A stretch of DNA of 64,000 nt from Schmidtea polychroa (GCA_044892525.1 CM097885.1:20338001-20402000); one strand, 5' to 3'. Numbered from the stretch's first letter, positions 1 through 15,046 are shown. Notes: a model not told the origin generated them from the sequence alone. Translations and numbers: made by a program.

Positions 1-660
1 GTTTTAATTGATTACATTTATAATAATATATTTTGTTTTGATCGATTATATTTATATTATTTATATGAATATACTTTTTTTCATTAATTATATTTATATA
101 ATATTTTGTTTTTAATTAATTATATATCTATTATATTTTTTTAATTGATTATATTTATATTAATATATTTTGTTTTGATTGATTGTATTTATATTAATAT
201 ACTTTTTTCATTAATTATATTTTTCTTAATTGATTATATTTATATTAATATAATTTGTTTTGATTGATTATATATTATTATATTTGTTTTGATCGATTAT
301 ATTTCCATTATTATATTTTGTTTTAATTAATTATATATCTTATATTTTGTTTTAATTGATTATATTTATATTAATATAATTTGTTTTGATTGATTATATA
401 TTATTATATTTGTTTTGATCGATTATATTTCCATTATTATATTTTGTTTTAATTAATTATATTTCTATTGATTTTTTGTTTTAATTAATTATATTTCTAT
501 TATTACATTATGTTTTGATTGATTGTATTTATATTAATATACTTTTTTTTGACTAATTATATTTATATAATATTTTTTGTTTTAATTTATTATATTTTGT
601 TTTAATTAATTATATTTCTATTATTATATTTTGTTTTGATTGATTATATTTATAAAATAA
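1..660. repeat. Degenerate AT-rich satellite (~30-35 bp unit, tatattttgttttgattgattatatttatat)
   Basis: Motif is visibly reiterated; the full-length version is at 19835-20739. Confidence 0.85.
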
Positions 661-695
661 ACAATAAAACTTTGTGATACCCAGTGCAAATCCCA

Positions 696-737
696 ATAGT
701 AGACTACTTTCGAGATTTTGGCTCTCATCAGTAATAT
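696..737 (-). ncRNA. Type I hammerhead ribozyme motif, probably degenerate
   Basis: Minus strand reads atatta-CTGATGA-GAG ccaaaat CTC-GAAA-gtag-TC-tactat. Core boxes and stem II are intact; stem I and stem III each have one mismatch. Confidence 0.55.
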
Positions 738-2233
738 GCAGGCGACGGGAAAATTTCTCTTCGCGCCAGGTAAGTATACAATATTGTCGATTCAACTTTA
801 TTGCATACTTTTCCTGGTACACTGGAAATCACATGACTTGGTAAATGGCTTCGTCACAGAAAATCTGTAAACTTGTAAACATGGCGTATGAAAAATCATA
901 ATCACCTTATTGTTGGGCTTAACGCCACGATTGAAACAAGTTAAAACTGAATCGGATATAAGAAAAAGATCTAGGATTAAAATAAAATAAATAAATAGGT
1001 CCAACATCAACTGATTAAAATCAAAAGCCAACCAAGAGAAACCGAAATAAACAATAAAAAAAGAGAAAAAACAGAATAATAAAAAATGATTTAATGAAAT
1101 GAGATTTAAGAAAATAAAATTCGAAAACGCTAAAAAATGAACCAAACCAAACATAAAATAAATAAACTATCAACATAAAGCACAAAATGATTTAATAAAA
1201 ATGAATTATTACACCAAGTAAGAATAAGGAGAATCTACAAAAATCATACTAAAATAGGAAAATTAATGAAAATAATAAAATAACAATAGATAACGAAGCA
1301 ATTCAACGAAGCAATCAAAATTTAAATTAAGAAAAATATATAAATGAAAAAAACAACACAACTCGGCCCTGATTGGACCAAAAAACAATATATAAGGAGG
1401 ACATAAATATCATTTATTAACACTCTAAAAAATTCTATACGGGTAAAATTTCATATGCATAACTATTAACACTCTAAAAAATTTTATACAAATATAAACC
1501 CTAGGAAACTCCATACAGATATAGCCACTTACCGACTCATTCAAACAGGATACCTAGCATCACTACATTTAAACCAATTGTGAGAAAGAGAGATTGAGCA
1601 ACCGAACCGAACACGAGATCATCTATAACCGATTCAGTTTTAAGAATTTTATTTCAGGATTCAGGGTATGATCATTTGATTGTTTGTTGCAATACTTATC
1701 ATTTATGCAGTAAAAATAGATTTTTAAAGTTGTAAATAAATAAATTATTAAATTGAGGATTTCACGAGTTCTCGCTTCTTCACGGGACTGGCGACGTTGC
1801 TGTCTGGGAGCTTCGAAAATGATGCCAAGGAATTGCAGATGTTATTGATAACAGTTGGGAAAAGACCACTAATGACTCGAAGGTAGTTATGTATCAAGAA
1901 CCTAAAGTCGTGAAAATTATTTAACCTCCAATGACATTGAAATGAGGATCAGAGAATTTTGTGGAAGGATATGAGTTGTATCATGCGGGGAATGAGGAAA
2001 TGTCGATGAACCGGCCTAGGATATTATGATCGGAACCCACATGGCATGGTCGCTAGGTAAATTGAATTTTTCATATATATATATATATATATATTTGTTT
2101 TTCAACGGTTTAATGATCCACATAGATCGGTAGTAATACATATTTTTCATGCTTCATTTTATATTGGTTGGGTGGATCCGTTTATTGTGATTGTGTGAAG
2201 ACGGCGGGCAGAAATGTCGGTGACCCTCAGGTG

Positions 2234-2711
2234 TGTCACGGTAAGTGGAGAAACTCCGTTGTAGGTCTATAAAAGTATTTAAATACTTTGTATTTACCTT
2301 AAGTATTTATTCGACATAATCGAGAGAATTGAAATAAATCCGTTAGAGTATTCTGTCGTTGACTTATTCCTCAGTAAGAACGGAGAGAATCATGTAAATC
2401 CATTTCGAATATAGTCAGATCTACGTATTTTTCCAAGCCGATAATTTCGACTTCATTAGGACAGACGACGAAAAGAGATGAAACGTTTTCTGCAATTAGG
2501 TAGAGATTCCGATCGATAGAAAATTCCTCTGTCATAGATAATATCACAAATCTGTCTTGAATACTGATTCCACCAGTAGTGCTGAATGTAAATATTTAGT
2601 TTTTCCTGAATTATGAGAGGCAGTAGTAGCAAGTCAAAAATCATTACAGTGCAGACATGAAGCACCATAGCATCGACACAACAACCTGTCATTTGTCAAT
2701 CTCCAGCGACA
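2234..2711. mobile_element. Possible solo LTR (duplicate at 22313-22790)
   Basis: TGTCAC…GCGACA termini and less AT-rich than the flanks; no TSD found. Confidence 0.3.
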
Positions 2712-2952
2712 CGAGTATAAGATGTACGAATGGCGATTTTTATTAATAAAATCTTTACCGAGTATATTTAAGATGTATTATTATATATTTCAATTTTCAA
2801 TAATTAATTCCATTGTTTTAATTATAAATTTTGGAGATATAGCATTATATATATATATATATAGAATAATTTTTCAATTTCGTTTATACTTTTATATTCA
2901 TATTGCTGTTACTATTACTTAACTATTACAAAGTTACTATTACAAAGGTCAT

Positions 2953-3725
2953 TGTTAATTAAGAAGTACAAATGAAGGTGGAATTTCAAATTCCAGAAAA
3001 ACAAAATAAGGGAAAAAGCCGTATCTTGACAGCTTGTCAAAGATAGCGAAATTGTCGGGAGAAGGCGGCTTAACAAAAAAGGAAAATGGAAAAATATCTG
3101 ATATCTGTCAGAGATCTGTCACAATCTGTCGCCAGTGCCACAAATAAACTAACTATATAAAGGAAAACTGGTGGACATGGAATTAGAAGAAAAATTAGAG
3201 ACAAAGTGACGCGAAATTGAAAACGATTTGGAAGACGATTGATAGACAATTTGAGAGACGATTTGAGATACGATTTTATAGACGATTTGAGAGATAAAAT
3301 TATTGGAGAAAATTAGACGTTGGACGAAACGTTGTTGGACAAACGATTGTAAAAAATAATTGTAAAGGAAATAATTGTGGAAAATAATTATTGGAGAAGA
3401 GTTGAAGAAAAGAATTAGTTGAATAATAAAACGAGAAGAAGTTATTTGATTATTTGAATAAAGTTTGGAAGAAAGTCAACGAAAACAACCAGCTGAAAAA
3501 TCCCAGTTTAGAAACCAATCAGTAATTTGTGATCTTTTAATCCGGTGTCATACACAAGTGTTTTTCCTCACCGAGTGTTGTAATAAGCATTGTATAGTCA
3601 CCAAGCAGAGTGTTGAATTTATTGCCAATGTAAAGAGAAAGATTATTTGTGATTATCAATAAAGATTTTTGTTGTCAAGTGTTATTTGTGAATCGGTTCA
3701 AGACACACTTGGAGTCAGAGTAACA
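2953..3725 (+). mobile_element. Possible solo LTR (duplicate at 23032-23804)
   Basis: TGTTA…TAACA inverted termini, TATAAA ~3156, short gacgattt repeats, AATAAA ~3658; no TSD found. Confidence 0.4.
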
Positions 3726-5209
3726 TTTAAAATTATCACCCAACAATATTTTAGAATATTTTCCATTGACTTCATTGGTTTCGTGGCATTTTGAATTAAA
3801 GATTCTTAGCCACCATTCTCTTCTACCGATGGAGACACTTGATTCTATTATCTGCATATAGTAATATTAATAATAATAATAAAAAATTAAAAATAACATA
3901 CTCCTACGGACCACTTAAAAGAATTTTCAAGGTCAGAGCCAGAATGGATTATCATATTCTTTATATAGAGAAAACCTATTACAATTCTGCTCTATTTGAT
4001 TTGATCATCGAATAGTATGTCAAAAACCTCTTTGAATGATCGCATTTTCTGTTCTATTGTTTCCAAGTTGGTTATAAGGTAATACCAAATTGTCTGGTAT
4101 TACCTTACTATCGTCTCAAAATGTTCCACAAGCAACTGCAAATTCTTGATAATCTCTTTACTTTGGTCATTTGAAATTAATCCGTTTAATAAATTTATTA
4201 TGAACGTAGTTTGAGAGATTTTATAAATACTATTTGAAGTGATTATCTATTTATATTATTAATTTTGAGTTTCAATATGAATCTAATTGATTAATTTCTT
4301 ACTATTATCCCCTAAATAACAATTATGTGCAATTTCAGTTCGCGATAAACAAAGCCATAATATACACGTAGAGATTTTCTTTGTCTGTGTGTGTAAATTT
4401 ACATGTTTAATTTGTGAAATACCGCTTAAATCTTTCCCCATATTGACGTTTTCACATATACACACACATTTTTGAACCCATAAAATCCCCACCAGGGGGT
4501 TCATCCAGCGGTGCCCAATTTATAAACTATAATAATAATATTCATACTATTTCTAATAATTTTTATATGAAACAAATAAATAATAAGCGAACGGCAGGCG
4601 CTAAAAACTAATTACTCTTTTGTTATGGCTCAACCATTTCGTAACAACATTTTTATTGTTTTCTATTTGTTTAAAAATTTCATGCTTAAAGTGACCTACC
4701 AAATTCACGCTTTATATTATTATTTTTTTTGATAATCTTTTCTGATATAAAAATAATTTTTGTCCAATATTTAATAAATATTTACCTACTTTGCCACTTA
4801 AACTTTTGATGTAAAGTCCTCAACGTGCCTTAAGTAGTGACATATTTTGCATTTTACAAAAAGTGTTAGTTCATTTTTTCTTTTTCTGGGCAAACAATAA
4901 CAACTTTTTTGAATTTTTCTTTCAACATTAACTCATTAAACATGTCAAAGAATTCTGAATTAAAACTGGATGTGGCACGATAATACAATAATTACATTAA
5001 AATATATTGCCGCCAGAATTTTTTGAATATATCTTGAGGTATAAATGTTCCTTAATCCATGAAAGGATCAAAGTGTACAGTCATACCAATATAGGTATTT
5101 CTGTCCTAGAATGACATGATTTTCATAATAATTTCATAAAATAATTTCATCTATGTTTGTCTAATATTTCAATAAGGAAAAGTACTTTCAAAAGACTGGT
5201 AATATTTAA

Positions 5210-5426
5210 CCCTGTAGAGCGCGCGCTAAAAAAACTCAATTTTTAATTTACCTCTTCACTCGTTGTCGTTTGTAAATATTCATATTTATCCATATATTTC
5301 TCTTGAAGCATTTGTGACATTCTTAAGGAGACATATCTTACCGGCTATGACGTTTTTTCAAACTCAATTTTTTTACGCAAAAAAAGATCGTCTGGGTCTG
5401 TGAGACCCAACGCGCCCTCTGGAGGG
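5210..5426. mobile_element. piggyBac-type MITE
   Basis: TTAA on both sides; TIRs ccctgtagagcgcgcg / ccctccagagggcgcg (13/16). Confidence 0.8.
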
Positions 5427-6566
5427 TTAATAAGTCAGTAAGAATCCAAGAATCCATTTTAAAACTCATTGGGACATTATTTTGTTTTGATTGTCATTTT
5501 CAGATTCATTTATATTAATTTAATTAGAGTTTTCAACGAAAATCCAAGTTAAATTTTGTTTGAATTTTGTATATAATTATTTCTAAACTGTTTGAATTTT
5601 CATTATTTAACTATCGGCTTAACCCGGTGGTGGCCTGTCAACTGTTATCTTAATTTCAATTAATTTGTCATCATCAAATACCATTTTTCCAATTTTAAAG
5701 TCACTTAGGTTACATGAGAAATTTCTGAGATAAATATAACTTTATTTAATTTGTATAAATTTTTATTTTACTCTTATCAGTTGCTTGTAAAAACTCGACA
5801 AGATCCGGAATCGAATTCAACGATATTGCCATGAGATCTTAGAACCTTAGTGGAACCCCACCAAGTCATATCGAATATCACATTTGTGTCGATTTTTGTT
5901 AAATACATATTTATAATTCGAACGGTAATAAAAATTAAAATAAATAAACTAAATTAATTTAAATAAAAAATTAATTAATGACTTTAACCAAATGATAGCA
6001 AATAATTAATCAAAAATATAATATTTATATTAAATATATATGCAAATTTGTTATACTGAACTAAGAGTTTTATTTGTTTGATTTTGGTAAAAATCATTTC
6101 GTAAATTAAACTGAAATTTGTAAATATATATTTATTCACAATAAAAATAAAAATTTAGTTTTGTTTATATTAATTATGTAATTTTAAATATCAATTAATA
6201 TACTTTTAAAATTTTTGCAGCTTTATTTATCTCACATGCTTTATTGATTATTTTCTAATTTAGTTATTATATTTTATTATATTTTATATTTTACTTGCCA
6301 ATTTATTTCATATTGAGTTTTCAAAATTCCAAGGGTTCCAAACCACTGTAATACATTCTTTTCTCTTCATGTAAAATTTATATTTGTTTTATACATACTA
6401 TTTTCTGTACTGGAAACAAAGATTTAGAATAGACAAAGTGACACAGTAAAAATGAATTGAGGGAAGTTTCATGGGGAGCTACCCGACAGCAAGCTAATAA
6501 TCAGAAAGATAGACGAATAGTATAAAATTTTATCCCATTTAAAAGCTTCGATAATAAAATTTGCAT

Positions 6567-7128
6567 TGTTATGTTGGGTTTTATTAATTCAATTCGGTTA
6601 CCTCTGACTCCACGTGTCATTTTAATCGTAAATAACAAAACTATGAACTATCCAACGTATATTTGAATTACAAAAATCTCTCAAAATCCAAAGATACAAT
6701 CAACGCAGCGTTTTACAAGTTTAATTGGTTCTCCGCGCGGCGTTGATGTTTTGTCAAAATCTTTATCAATATTCACCTTTTTGTCCACAAACTTCCTTTT
6801 AATCGAACTTTTACTATTTGATCTGGTTTGCTTCCAATTCGATTTTCATCTCACGTCTCGAATATCTCCTAACTCTATCCGTTCGTTTCCTTAACTACCT
6901 GATTGTCCTAAGCTCGATTTCTTCGAGTCCGTAGCTAAGTTAAAATGTCAGTTTTCTCTGATTTTCCTATTCCTTATATACTTTCCGAAATCGGGATGAC
7001 AAATGGTTATTGACGAGCCAATCTCTCTCCTGAGATTCTACTCCACCTATCTATCAGCTGTCACCCAAATTAGTCCTTTCTGCACGCACTATCTTTTTCT
7101 TTGTCGTCTCCCATTAATCATTGTGACA
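6567..7128 (-). mobile_element. Possible solo LTR (duplicate at 26646-27207)
   Basis: Minus strand TGTCAC…ATAACA, TATATAAGG ~6975, AATAAA ~6583; no TSD found. Confidence 0.35.
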
Positions 7129-10100
7129 TTATAATGGGCCAAAATTTTCCTTCTGTTTACTTTTCTCTTTGTTTACCCAACTCGGGATTTCTTTCTACTA
7201 GCTAATTAATTAATTAATTAATTAATTAATTTCATTTTCTTGTTTTTCATCTTTTACGCACCTTTTCGCACTCTTTCTAGCACTTTCTGAAAGTTCCGTT
7301 ATCACCATGTTATTCCTCGCTAATTATTTTTATTTTTAAAATTTTTTTATCAATAGCTTTTTCAAATCTGATAACATTCCACTAATCAATGCAAAAATAA
7401 AATCTTGCTCATTTTTCTTGCTTTTTATTATTACAATATCACAAATAAGTCTTTGTTGCAACTATAAATAGAAAAATAATGAGATAAATGGAGAGAAAAA
7501 ACATTAAGAATTCAACAACATTGATTCATTTGTTACGTTTAACAGGCATTATAAAGTGTTTTTATCGATTTTCACAATCATCTTTTTAATATTTGGAAGA
7601 ATTTCGGCGTTTCAATCCGCTAATTTCAAATCCACTAAATTTTCAATATTAAAACAAAATAATCAATTACTTGATAGTATAGAAAACACGCAAACTTATT
7701 TGTGTGCTGAAAATTCATTTGATCGGATACACTTTTTATTATTTGGTGTACCAAATCGCAATAAGTAAGAGTATAAATGATACAAAATAAAAGTTTCAAT
7801 AATATAAAAAAATTAACTAATAATAAATGTGTGTATGTCACATTAACAAATGTGACAATAAATAAGATCTTTTAATATATAAAGATATATAAAGATATCT
7901 TTATATTTATTATAAATTTCTAATGTTTCCATATCACCAAGTAATTAATTAAAAAACAGTGTAATACATATTGATATTTAAATTTTGTTTAAATTATTGT
8001 TTAATTTGTAACGATTTTAGAATGGTTTTCAAGGGGTACCACTAATTTAAAATTTATTTTTTGAATTATATTTAACCTATGACTAAGATTATGATCAGGA
8101 TTTATTAAATTTAATCAGACCCGAATAAGAATTCGGCCATTAAAAATAATTTCTCAATAAAGTATAAATTCTGCTGTTATTCTAATTAAAATAATATCAA
8201 AAACGGATAATTTTGCTAACATTTCTTCAAAAGAAATTTTAACAATTTTAATTTGCCACTAATGATAACTAAAATATGTTAATAAAGATCATCTTTGAAA
8301 TAAATTTAATTAAATAATTTTAAATAGAAATTCTAAAAAAATAGAAGAAAAATTAATCTGCAATTAATATAAATCAATAATTGAAAACTTTTTACAGAAT
8401 TAATTTATAATTTGATTTTAATGCAATATTTAAATGTGAATTTCAGTTTGACTTTACTTTTTACAAGGGGACAGGCAATCCTAGGGAATTTTACCTCAAA
8501 CTAATTTATCCTAAATCTTGCGCACCACGAAACAATTGAAATTAGCAATGTTATTTGTAATACTTTTTTTTTTTTCTCTTTTTCACTTTCAAGTTCGGGA
8601 ATTTTGTTTTCCAACTGAAATTGGTCAATAAAATCTAAAAAATGAACTTTTTTCAATTTTCACCACTGATTTTTATTCAATTGATATTGATTTTATTAAA
8701 AAACTTAATATTATTGGCAGACCAATAAAATTGAAATCTGAACCAAATAAATGAAATATGCACCAAATTTAATTAATTGTTTTTAACTGATAAATGCACC
8801 AAATTTAATTTATTTTAAAAATTTAAAAATTTAAATTTAAAACAAATATTTTAGTTGAAAATGAAGCAAAAAATTGGTTGTGTGTATGAGTTTTGAGTAC
8901 GACCAGTCAGTATGTTACCTGTACCCCTAGGGGGTCCAAATACTTTGTCGGATAAACTCATAATATATGTAAATGTCAATATGACTATAATTTAAATTAA
9001 TTTGGTTCATTATGTATTTATTTAATTGGTGCAAAATCAATTAATTCGGTGCGTCATTAAATGGTAGCCTTTAATAAATACTATATATTTGTATTATAAG
9101 AACTTTTTTTTCAAATTTCACCACTGATTTATTTTCCATTGTAGTAGTTATGATATTGCATCAAAGGTCAAAAACGAAATGGGCAATCAATTTATTTGTA
9201 TATTCAGTTATCTTATAAAATTAGTTAGTGATTACGCAAACTCTCCTATTTAAAGAGTTCTACAATTATATAATAATAAATTTTAAGTAAGACTCAATTG
9301 TGCTAATTTTTGAATTTTTATATTTTTTACAGAAATATTGAATTTCACTATTTTTTGAACTTTTGATTAATTTTTTTGCACCTAATTAGTCTTTCATTTT
9401 ACCAAATTTTTAATTGATTTTTTCTTTCAACATTTTGTGAATTTAAATGACATCTGCACTTATTTGCATATTATACATTTTTATTAATCGAATAATTTTG
9501 TAACATTTTCAGTTTTTATGTTTTTCAAATTTTAAATCTCCTACCCCACAATTGTCATTATATTTTTCAAATTTTGTATTCTCTTAGCTACAAGACATTT
9601 CTTTTGAAACGCATGACAAGATGTACTATTAAAAAAATAATCCAAAATTCTTTTTTTCATTTTTCCAAAAGTTACAATTATTGGACTTTTAACATATTTC
9701 TAGACAAAATATAAAATAAAATCAATAAAAATTTTTCAGTCTGTTAGTAAAAAACCGACTGGATAACCAAAACACGAAAAACAAATGTTGGATATTTCAA
9801 ACAAAAAATTATGTGTATCAATTTTCCAGAAATAAACAGTTTCTGTTAGCATTGTAATTTAAAACTAAATCGAAATTCCCGGTTGCCCATTATTTGCAAA
9901 GTATTTTCACAAAATTTCGAAAATATTTTGTTTTAATAAATATTACACTAGCGATTTTGGTATTGGAAATCCTCAGAAAGGGGATATTTATCTGTCCTAA
10001 TAGCCTATAATGTACGTATGATAATGCTTACTGGTATTCAACAGCTTGTTTTTGACATCAAATTTTTTTTGTAGGAGTGTTCATTGAATTACTATTGGTA

Positions 10101-12627
10101 ATACATTGTTATTTGTTAGAATAATATTTCCCTACTTATTGTTTTACACAACCAATTTTTATCATTACATTTATTTTTTGTTAAATTTCTTCTGAATTTG
10201 TAATTTTTTCCAATGTCGGTTTTATTACAACGAAAAAAACCAGTGAAAACACCGAAAAAATCTGGGTAATTAATTGAATGAATTAAATTAATTAATTAAT
10301 AAAATTTCCCTTATTGTTATTGATTATTAGAAAAATTCAACCGAAAACAATCTTTGCAAAATATTTCCCCGTAACTTACTCACATGAATGGAATTTAAAT
10401 ATAAACAACGTTGCATTTGTTATCGGATTTTGTGAATTTTATTTGACTTTTTTAACACATTTTGTTAATGATTTCATTATTTTAGCGGTGAAAGACAGAC
10501 GGATTTGGTGTAATTCTCAACTTCTAGAAATCGAAGTATTATTTTCTATATTAAATTATTTTTTTTTGATTTATTAAATTTCTAATTATACTTGTTTCTG
10601 ATCTTTATAATAAATATTTTAACTACTCACTATAGAGAGTTGATTGAAATTTATAATAAATATTTGATTTATTTAATCATGAATAGAAATATGAATAAAA
10701 GTGGGTTACTAAAAATAAAAAAAAAGTACTTTAAAATTACTCAACACATTATTTCAACAAAATGAAGTTAATTTTTGGCCATTCCCACTATCTAAACCAT
10801 AGCAATATTTATTAAAAAGCTTGACCTTGAATCAGTACAGATATCGATGTTTTTTTTGATATTCACGAATTTTCGGAACTGCTTTTTTCAATTGATTTTG
10901 ATATTGGTACTATTAGCAATATTATTCATATTTGGTACTGCAGTTGTAGTTCTAGATTATAAAGTTATACTCTTACCGTGTGAAGAGTTTTCATAAAATG
11001 TTTCGATGTCAAATTATGACCCTTTCAGTATAGAAAAAAGTCATTGTTGTGCCCGTGGATATGAATAAAATCTCTGCTAAATTGCGAAATAAATTTCCAC
11101 AAGCTTGATTTTAAACTGTAGTTACTAGATAATAGGACTTTTAATAAAAATCCGTTATCTAGAAAGCTCAATATTGTGTTTTCATCAAAATAAATATTTC
11201 GTTATCTCCAGTTTCTGAAATCCAAATTTTGTGAATATTGATGATTGGCATGAAATCCATTAGAAAAGTAGGTAACAAGATTGTAAGTTACAATGTATTA
11301 CCAATGTATTATTACAATTTGTAACTTGAATTTGTTTATGCTATTTGATTTGGAAAATTTGAATTTAATATGATTTGAATTTCATAATCTTCGCCAAACT
11401 GATAATTTGCTGATACTAAAGATTTATTTTTTGATATTTGAAATGAACAAAACGTGAATACGTAAAAATATCTTTTATTAATTAAACATATTATAACATT
11501 TAAACAAAGTTGTATTTTTCATTAATAACCACGCATAAATAAAAATCATTAGATTTTTTTAATTTAATTTTGAAAATTGTTTAAAATCACGATTTCTGCG
11601 GTAATTTCCATTGCTGCAATTTTTAAGAAAACCAGAGGAGTTCGAAAATACAATATCAAGGAAAATTACAAAGAAAAAAACGGTCCGTTGTTTTACAGAG
11701 AAACAAAAATAATAGTTATATTTTTATTTCTGGCCTGTTTAAACTAGCAAATCATTCGAATGTGTCCCATATTGAATATACCCAATTTCCGTAGTAGAAA
11801 TATTATTTACTAAGGATTATTGTAAATATTGGTTCACATCCTTGGTAAATTTTCTTTTTTTTATTCGCACAACTTTGCAATGTTGATTCAACAGGTTAAT
11901 TATATTTACAAGTGTTTGGTGTTCGCTATTATTTTTTCAGAAAGTAGAGTATTGGTTTCTTTCACTGAAATCTGCGAAAAGACTTTTTAAAAAAGATTTT
12001 TTTGTTTTAATTTGCTGTCTATTTCCTTTCAGTGCTTCTAAGAATAGTTTTCTATGAAATTCATTGTAAACAATTGAAATAATTTTTGTAAATTAATAAT
12101 AAAATCTTTGCTGATGTACAACAATAAAATAATTCACTTTTATTATGTCCCACTGTCATCTTTAGAAAACACTTTTAAAAGTTTAAATTATCTAAATTAA
12201 ATAAACAAAAAGTTAATTCTGTAAATTTGACATAATTAAATTTTCTAGTGCTTTAAAATGAAATGAAGTAAGATTTATTTATCAAAGAAAGGTAAATACC
12301 TTTTTCTGTTATTGGCCTTTAGGCAACGAATATATAAAGTGAGCAAAAAACTTATGGAAACATGAGAAAGAAATTTGTTTTTTTAACCATTTTGTTCTAC
12401 TAATGCTTAGAATTCTCTCCTTTTATATAATATTTTGTTGCTATTGCTATTTTGTAAACATACTAAATTTTGAATAAACAAAGTTTGGAAACATTTTACA
12501 TTTCTATGATTTTGTTTAAATGCATCAATTATACACTTGTTTCTGGAATTTTCTACGACTGTATGAAAACAGAATTTATCATTTCATTTCCATTCTAAAC
12601 GAAGTTTCTTTACAACTCAGCAGACTC

Positions 12628-13140
12628 ATGCCTACAAGAAAGTATTTATCAGGCAATATTCGAGAACGAATGGTGGACCTTTATATTAATAGTGGAAGGA
12701 AGAAAATTGACATTGCGAAGACGTTTTCAGTGCAGCGCAGTACTGTGACTAAAGTGATCAAAAATACCAAAAAATACCGAAACCCATTTATAACCGCCAA
12801 AGCCATCCAAAACAACTTGAGCCTCCACCACATGAGCAAGCAAATTATTCAAAACAGACTGATGGGCGTTGGACTTCATGTACGCAACCGTGCTAAAATG
12901 GTATATGTATATGCTAAGAATCGCCGGGAAAGAATCGCCTTTGCCAAAAAGCACATTAGCTGGACTACACAGCAATGGTCTTCTGTACTCTGGTCTGATG
13001 AATCAAAGTTCAAAATTTTTGGTTCCGATGATCGATGTAAGGTTTGGCGCCCAAATCGAGAAAAGTACAATCCTCTCTACCAAAAACCAATTGTCAATCA
13101 CGGACATGTTTGTAAGATTATAGATCAAATTCATGTATAA
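12628..13140 (+). pseudogene. Truncated Tc1/mariner transposase
   Basis: HTH-like N-terminus, RIAFAKKHISWT and the first catalytic Asp motif VLWSDESKF; stops before the rest of the DDE domain. Confidence 0.9.
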
Positions 13141-13225
13141 GGTACACTATATTTCGGTACAGCATTTATCTAAACTAAAATATAAAATATTTGATTAAAG
13201 CCGTGCCGAAATATCGTGTATCTTA
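13138..13225. repeat. Small hairpin/MITE at the Tc1 truncation point (duplicate at 33217-33304)
   Basis: 23-bp inverted arms taaggtacactatatttcggtac / gtgccgaaatatcgtgtatctta (20/23). Confidence 0.6.
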
Positions 13226-13941
13226 TTTATTTTCTTGATCTATAACATTACAAACATTAATATGAAAATAAATAAAACATCAAAAAAGGAAACAGAGTTA
13301 AAGGTGACCAAAGAATTAATGATTCGTGTTTCCTACTACGAATTTATTCTAAATATATTTGAATTCATTAATCTTTACCCACTTGATAAGGTAAGAATAC
13401 GTCTCTCAAGCTCAGGAATCAACTAGCATGATTAGTGGCTTTAACCCAATGTGTTCAGAGGGATTTTCTCCGAAATTATAAGGCACAGATCAAAAGTATT
13501 ACCATCATTAATTAGAACTTATAATAACAAACATTTTGAGATTTAAAACTAATTTTTATCATATTCTGATCGTTACATAGAGTTACAATTTTAAAAATAG
13601 GCCTTTTTCAAAGTGAAATAAAACATTGAAGTTGAAGGAAAAAATTCATAAAACATATTTGTTTTGATAGAACATCTATCGATCATATATGGGTAGAAAA
13701 ACTTCATAGAAAATCTAAGTAGAACCTGAGTATTTTTCAAAATAGTAAAACCTACTTTTGAAAAATTTAGAATTTTTTTATAAATTTGAATAATTTAGAA
13801 ATCTCTGAACCAAATTTGCAAACGTCCTCGGAATTTCATTTTAACAATGCTGAAAAAATACAACATTTAGCCTTTAGAACTTTTCTAGAAAATTTTAGAA
13901 TGTTCTAGAAGAAAATATAAATAGCCATCAATAAATCATTT

Positions 13942-14019
13942 TATAAATGTGAACAATGTGATGTTGGCTTGTGCATTACAACTTGTTTCAAATATTATCA
14001 CACAAATCTTACTTACTAA
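13942..14019 (+). pseudogene. piggyBac transposase C-terminal Cys-rich domain fragment (duplicate at 34021-34098)
   Basis: Translates YKCEQCDVGLCITTCFKYYHTNLTY*, matching the CxxCxVxLCxxxCFxxYH pattern; a possible TTAA end lies at ~14177-14180. Confidence 0.75.
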
Positions 14020-14509
14020 TATTATATCAATCTTATTCAACCATAATATTAAACTATTTTAGAATTTTTTCAAAAAAAAAGAATTTTTCAAATTTTTTAA
14101 ATGTTTAAAATAATTATCATGAAGTAATTTTCCAAAAAAATTTACATTGGTTCAAAACAATTCGGGACTCAAAGATTTAATGATTTATTTAATTAATTTG
14201 TAATGTATTAATAACATTGATTAGAGATCTTCCATCGGTGTAAAAACATATTATATTCGTACTTATCCTTTCATTTATCACCTGACTATAAATAGAATTT
14301 CAGTCATTAATCAACCGGGAATGTCACCAAACCTCCAGTAAACCATAACCAGTCTTTCATTTATATGTTTCTACGATAACAGTTCCATCAATAAATATAT
14401 TTTTTTATATTTCCTATAAGATTAATTTTTTTTAAAAGAATATCATAAAAATACGTTAATATGTATTCTAGAAACATTTTGAATTTAGATTATTTGTTAA
14501 CTTTTTAAG

Positions 14510-14755
14510 GAGAAATCTCAAAACGGAATGGATGAGTATCATTTCAAAATACTAAACGATCATCAAGCTGTGATTTCTGTCAATGGATCTAGCAATCAAG
14601 AAACTTCAGTTGATAAAGAAATGGTTAACAATATGCCGAAGACAGTCCGATTGAGATTCGCTTCATTATGTTTAGAGAAGATACAAAACTGTCAACTCAC
14701 GGTTGATAATAAATTTATTCCGTTAAATTCAAGCAATAAATCAGGAAAATCTTGA
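14510..14755 (+). CDS. Possible terminal exon of an unidentified host gene (duplicate at 34589-34834)
   Basis: tttttaag acceptor in frame with an 81-codon open stretch of ordinary composition; no recognisable domain. Confidence 0.3.
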   Translation, partial: EKSQNGMDEYHFKILNDHQAVISVNGSSNQETSVDKEMVNNMPKTVRLRFASLCLEKIQNCQLTVDNKFIPLNSSNKSGKS

Positions 14756-15046
14756 AATTCCGGAATTAATGGGAATAATAATATTCATTTGACTCTCATT
14801 TCATTTTTATGAATTTTTTATCAAAACTGACTTTTTCAGTGTATTTACTAAGATTTTATTATATTATTAGTAATATTATTAGTAATTAAAAAAATATATA
14901 ATAGTTTATTATATTATTAATAAATGTAAACATTTACTTTTTTATTTCTATTAATTCACATAATTATTTTCATTATTCTATCTAATGAGAGGGGTAAAAA
15001 TCGTTTTAATTTTAAATTGTATAATTAAATCCAGTTTCCTTTAGGC

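Noticed and set aside
762..777. Full U1 snRNA gene
   Set aside because: Similarity is limited to the first ~16 nt; no loop I/II sequences or Sm site follow.
610..10577. Short F/I/L-rich ORFs and their duplicates at +20079
   Set aside because: Composition expected from AT-rich non-coding DNA; recurrence is due only to the duplication.
10760..11280. Decayed coding-like sequence on the minus strand
   Set aside because: No motif I could assign; all frames are broken.
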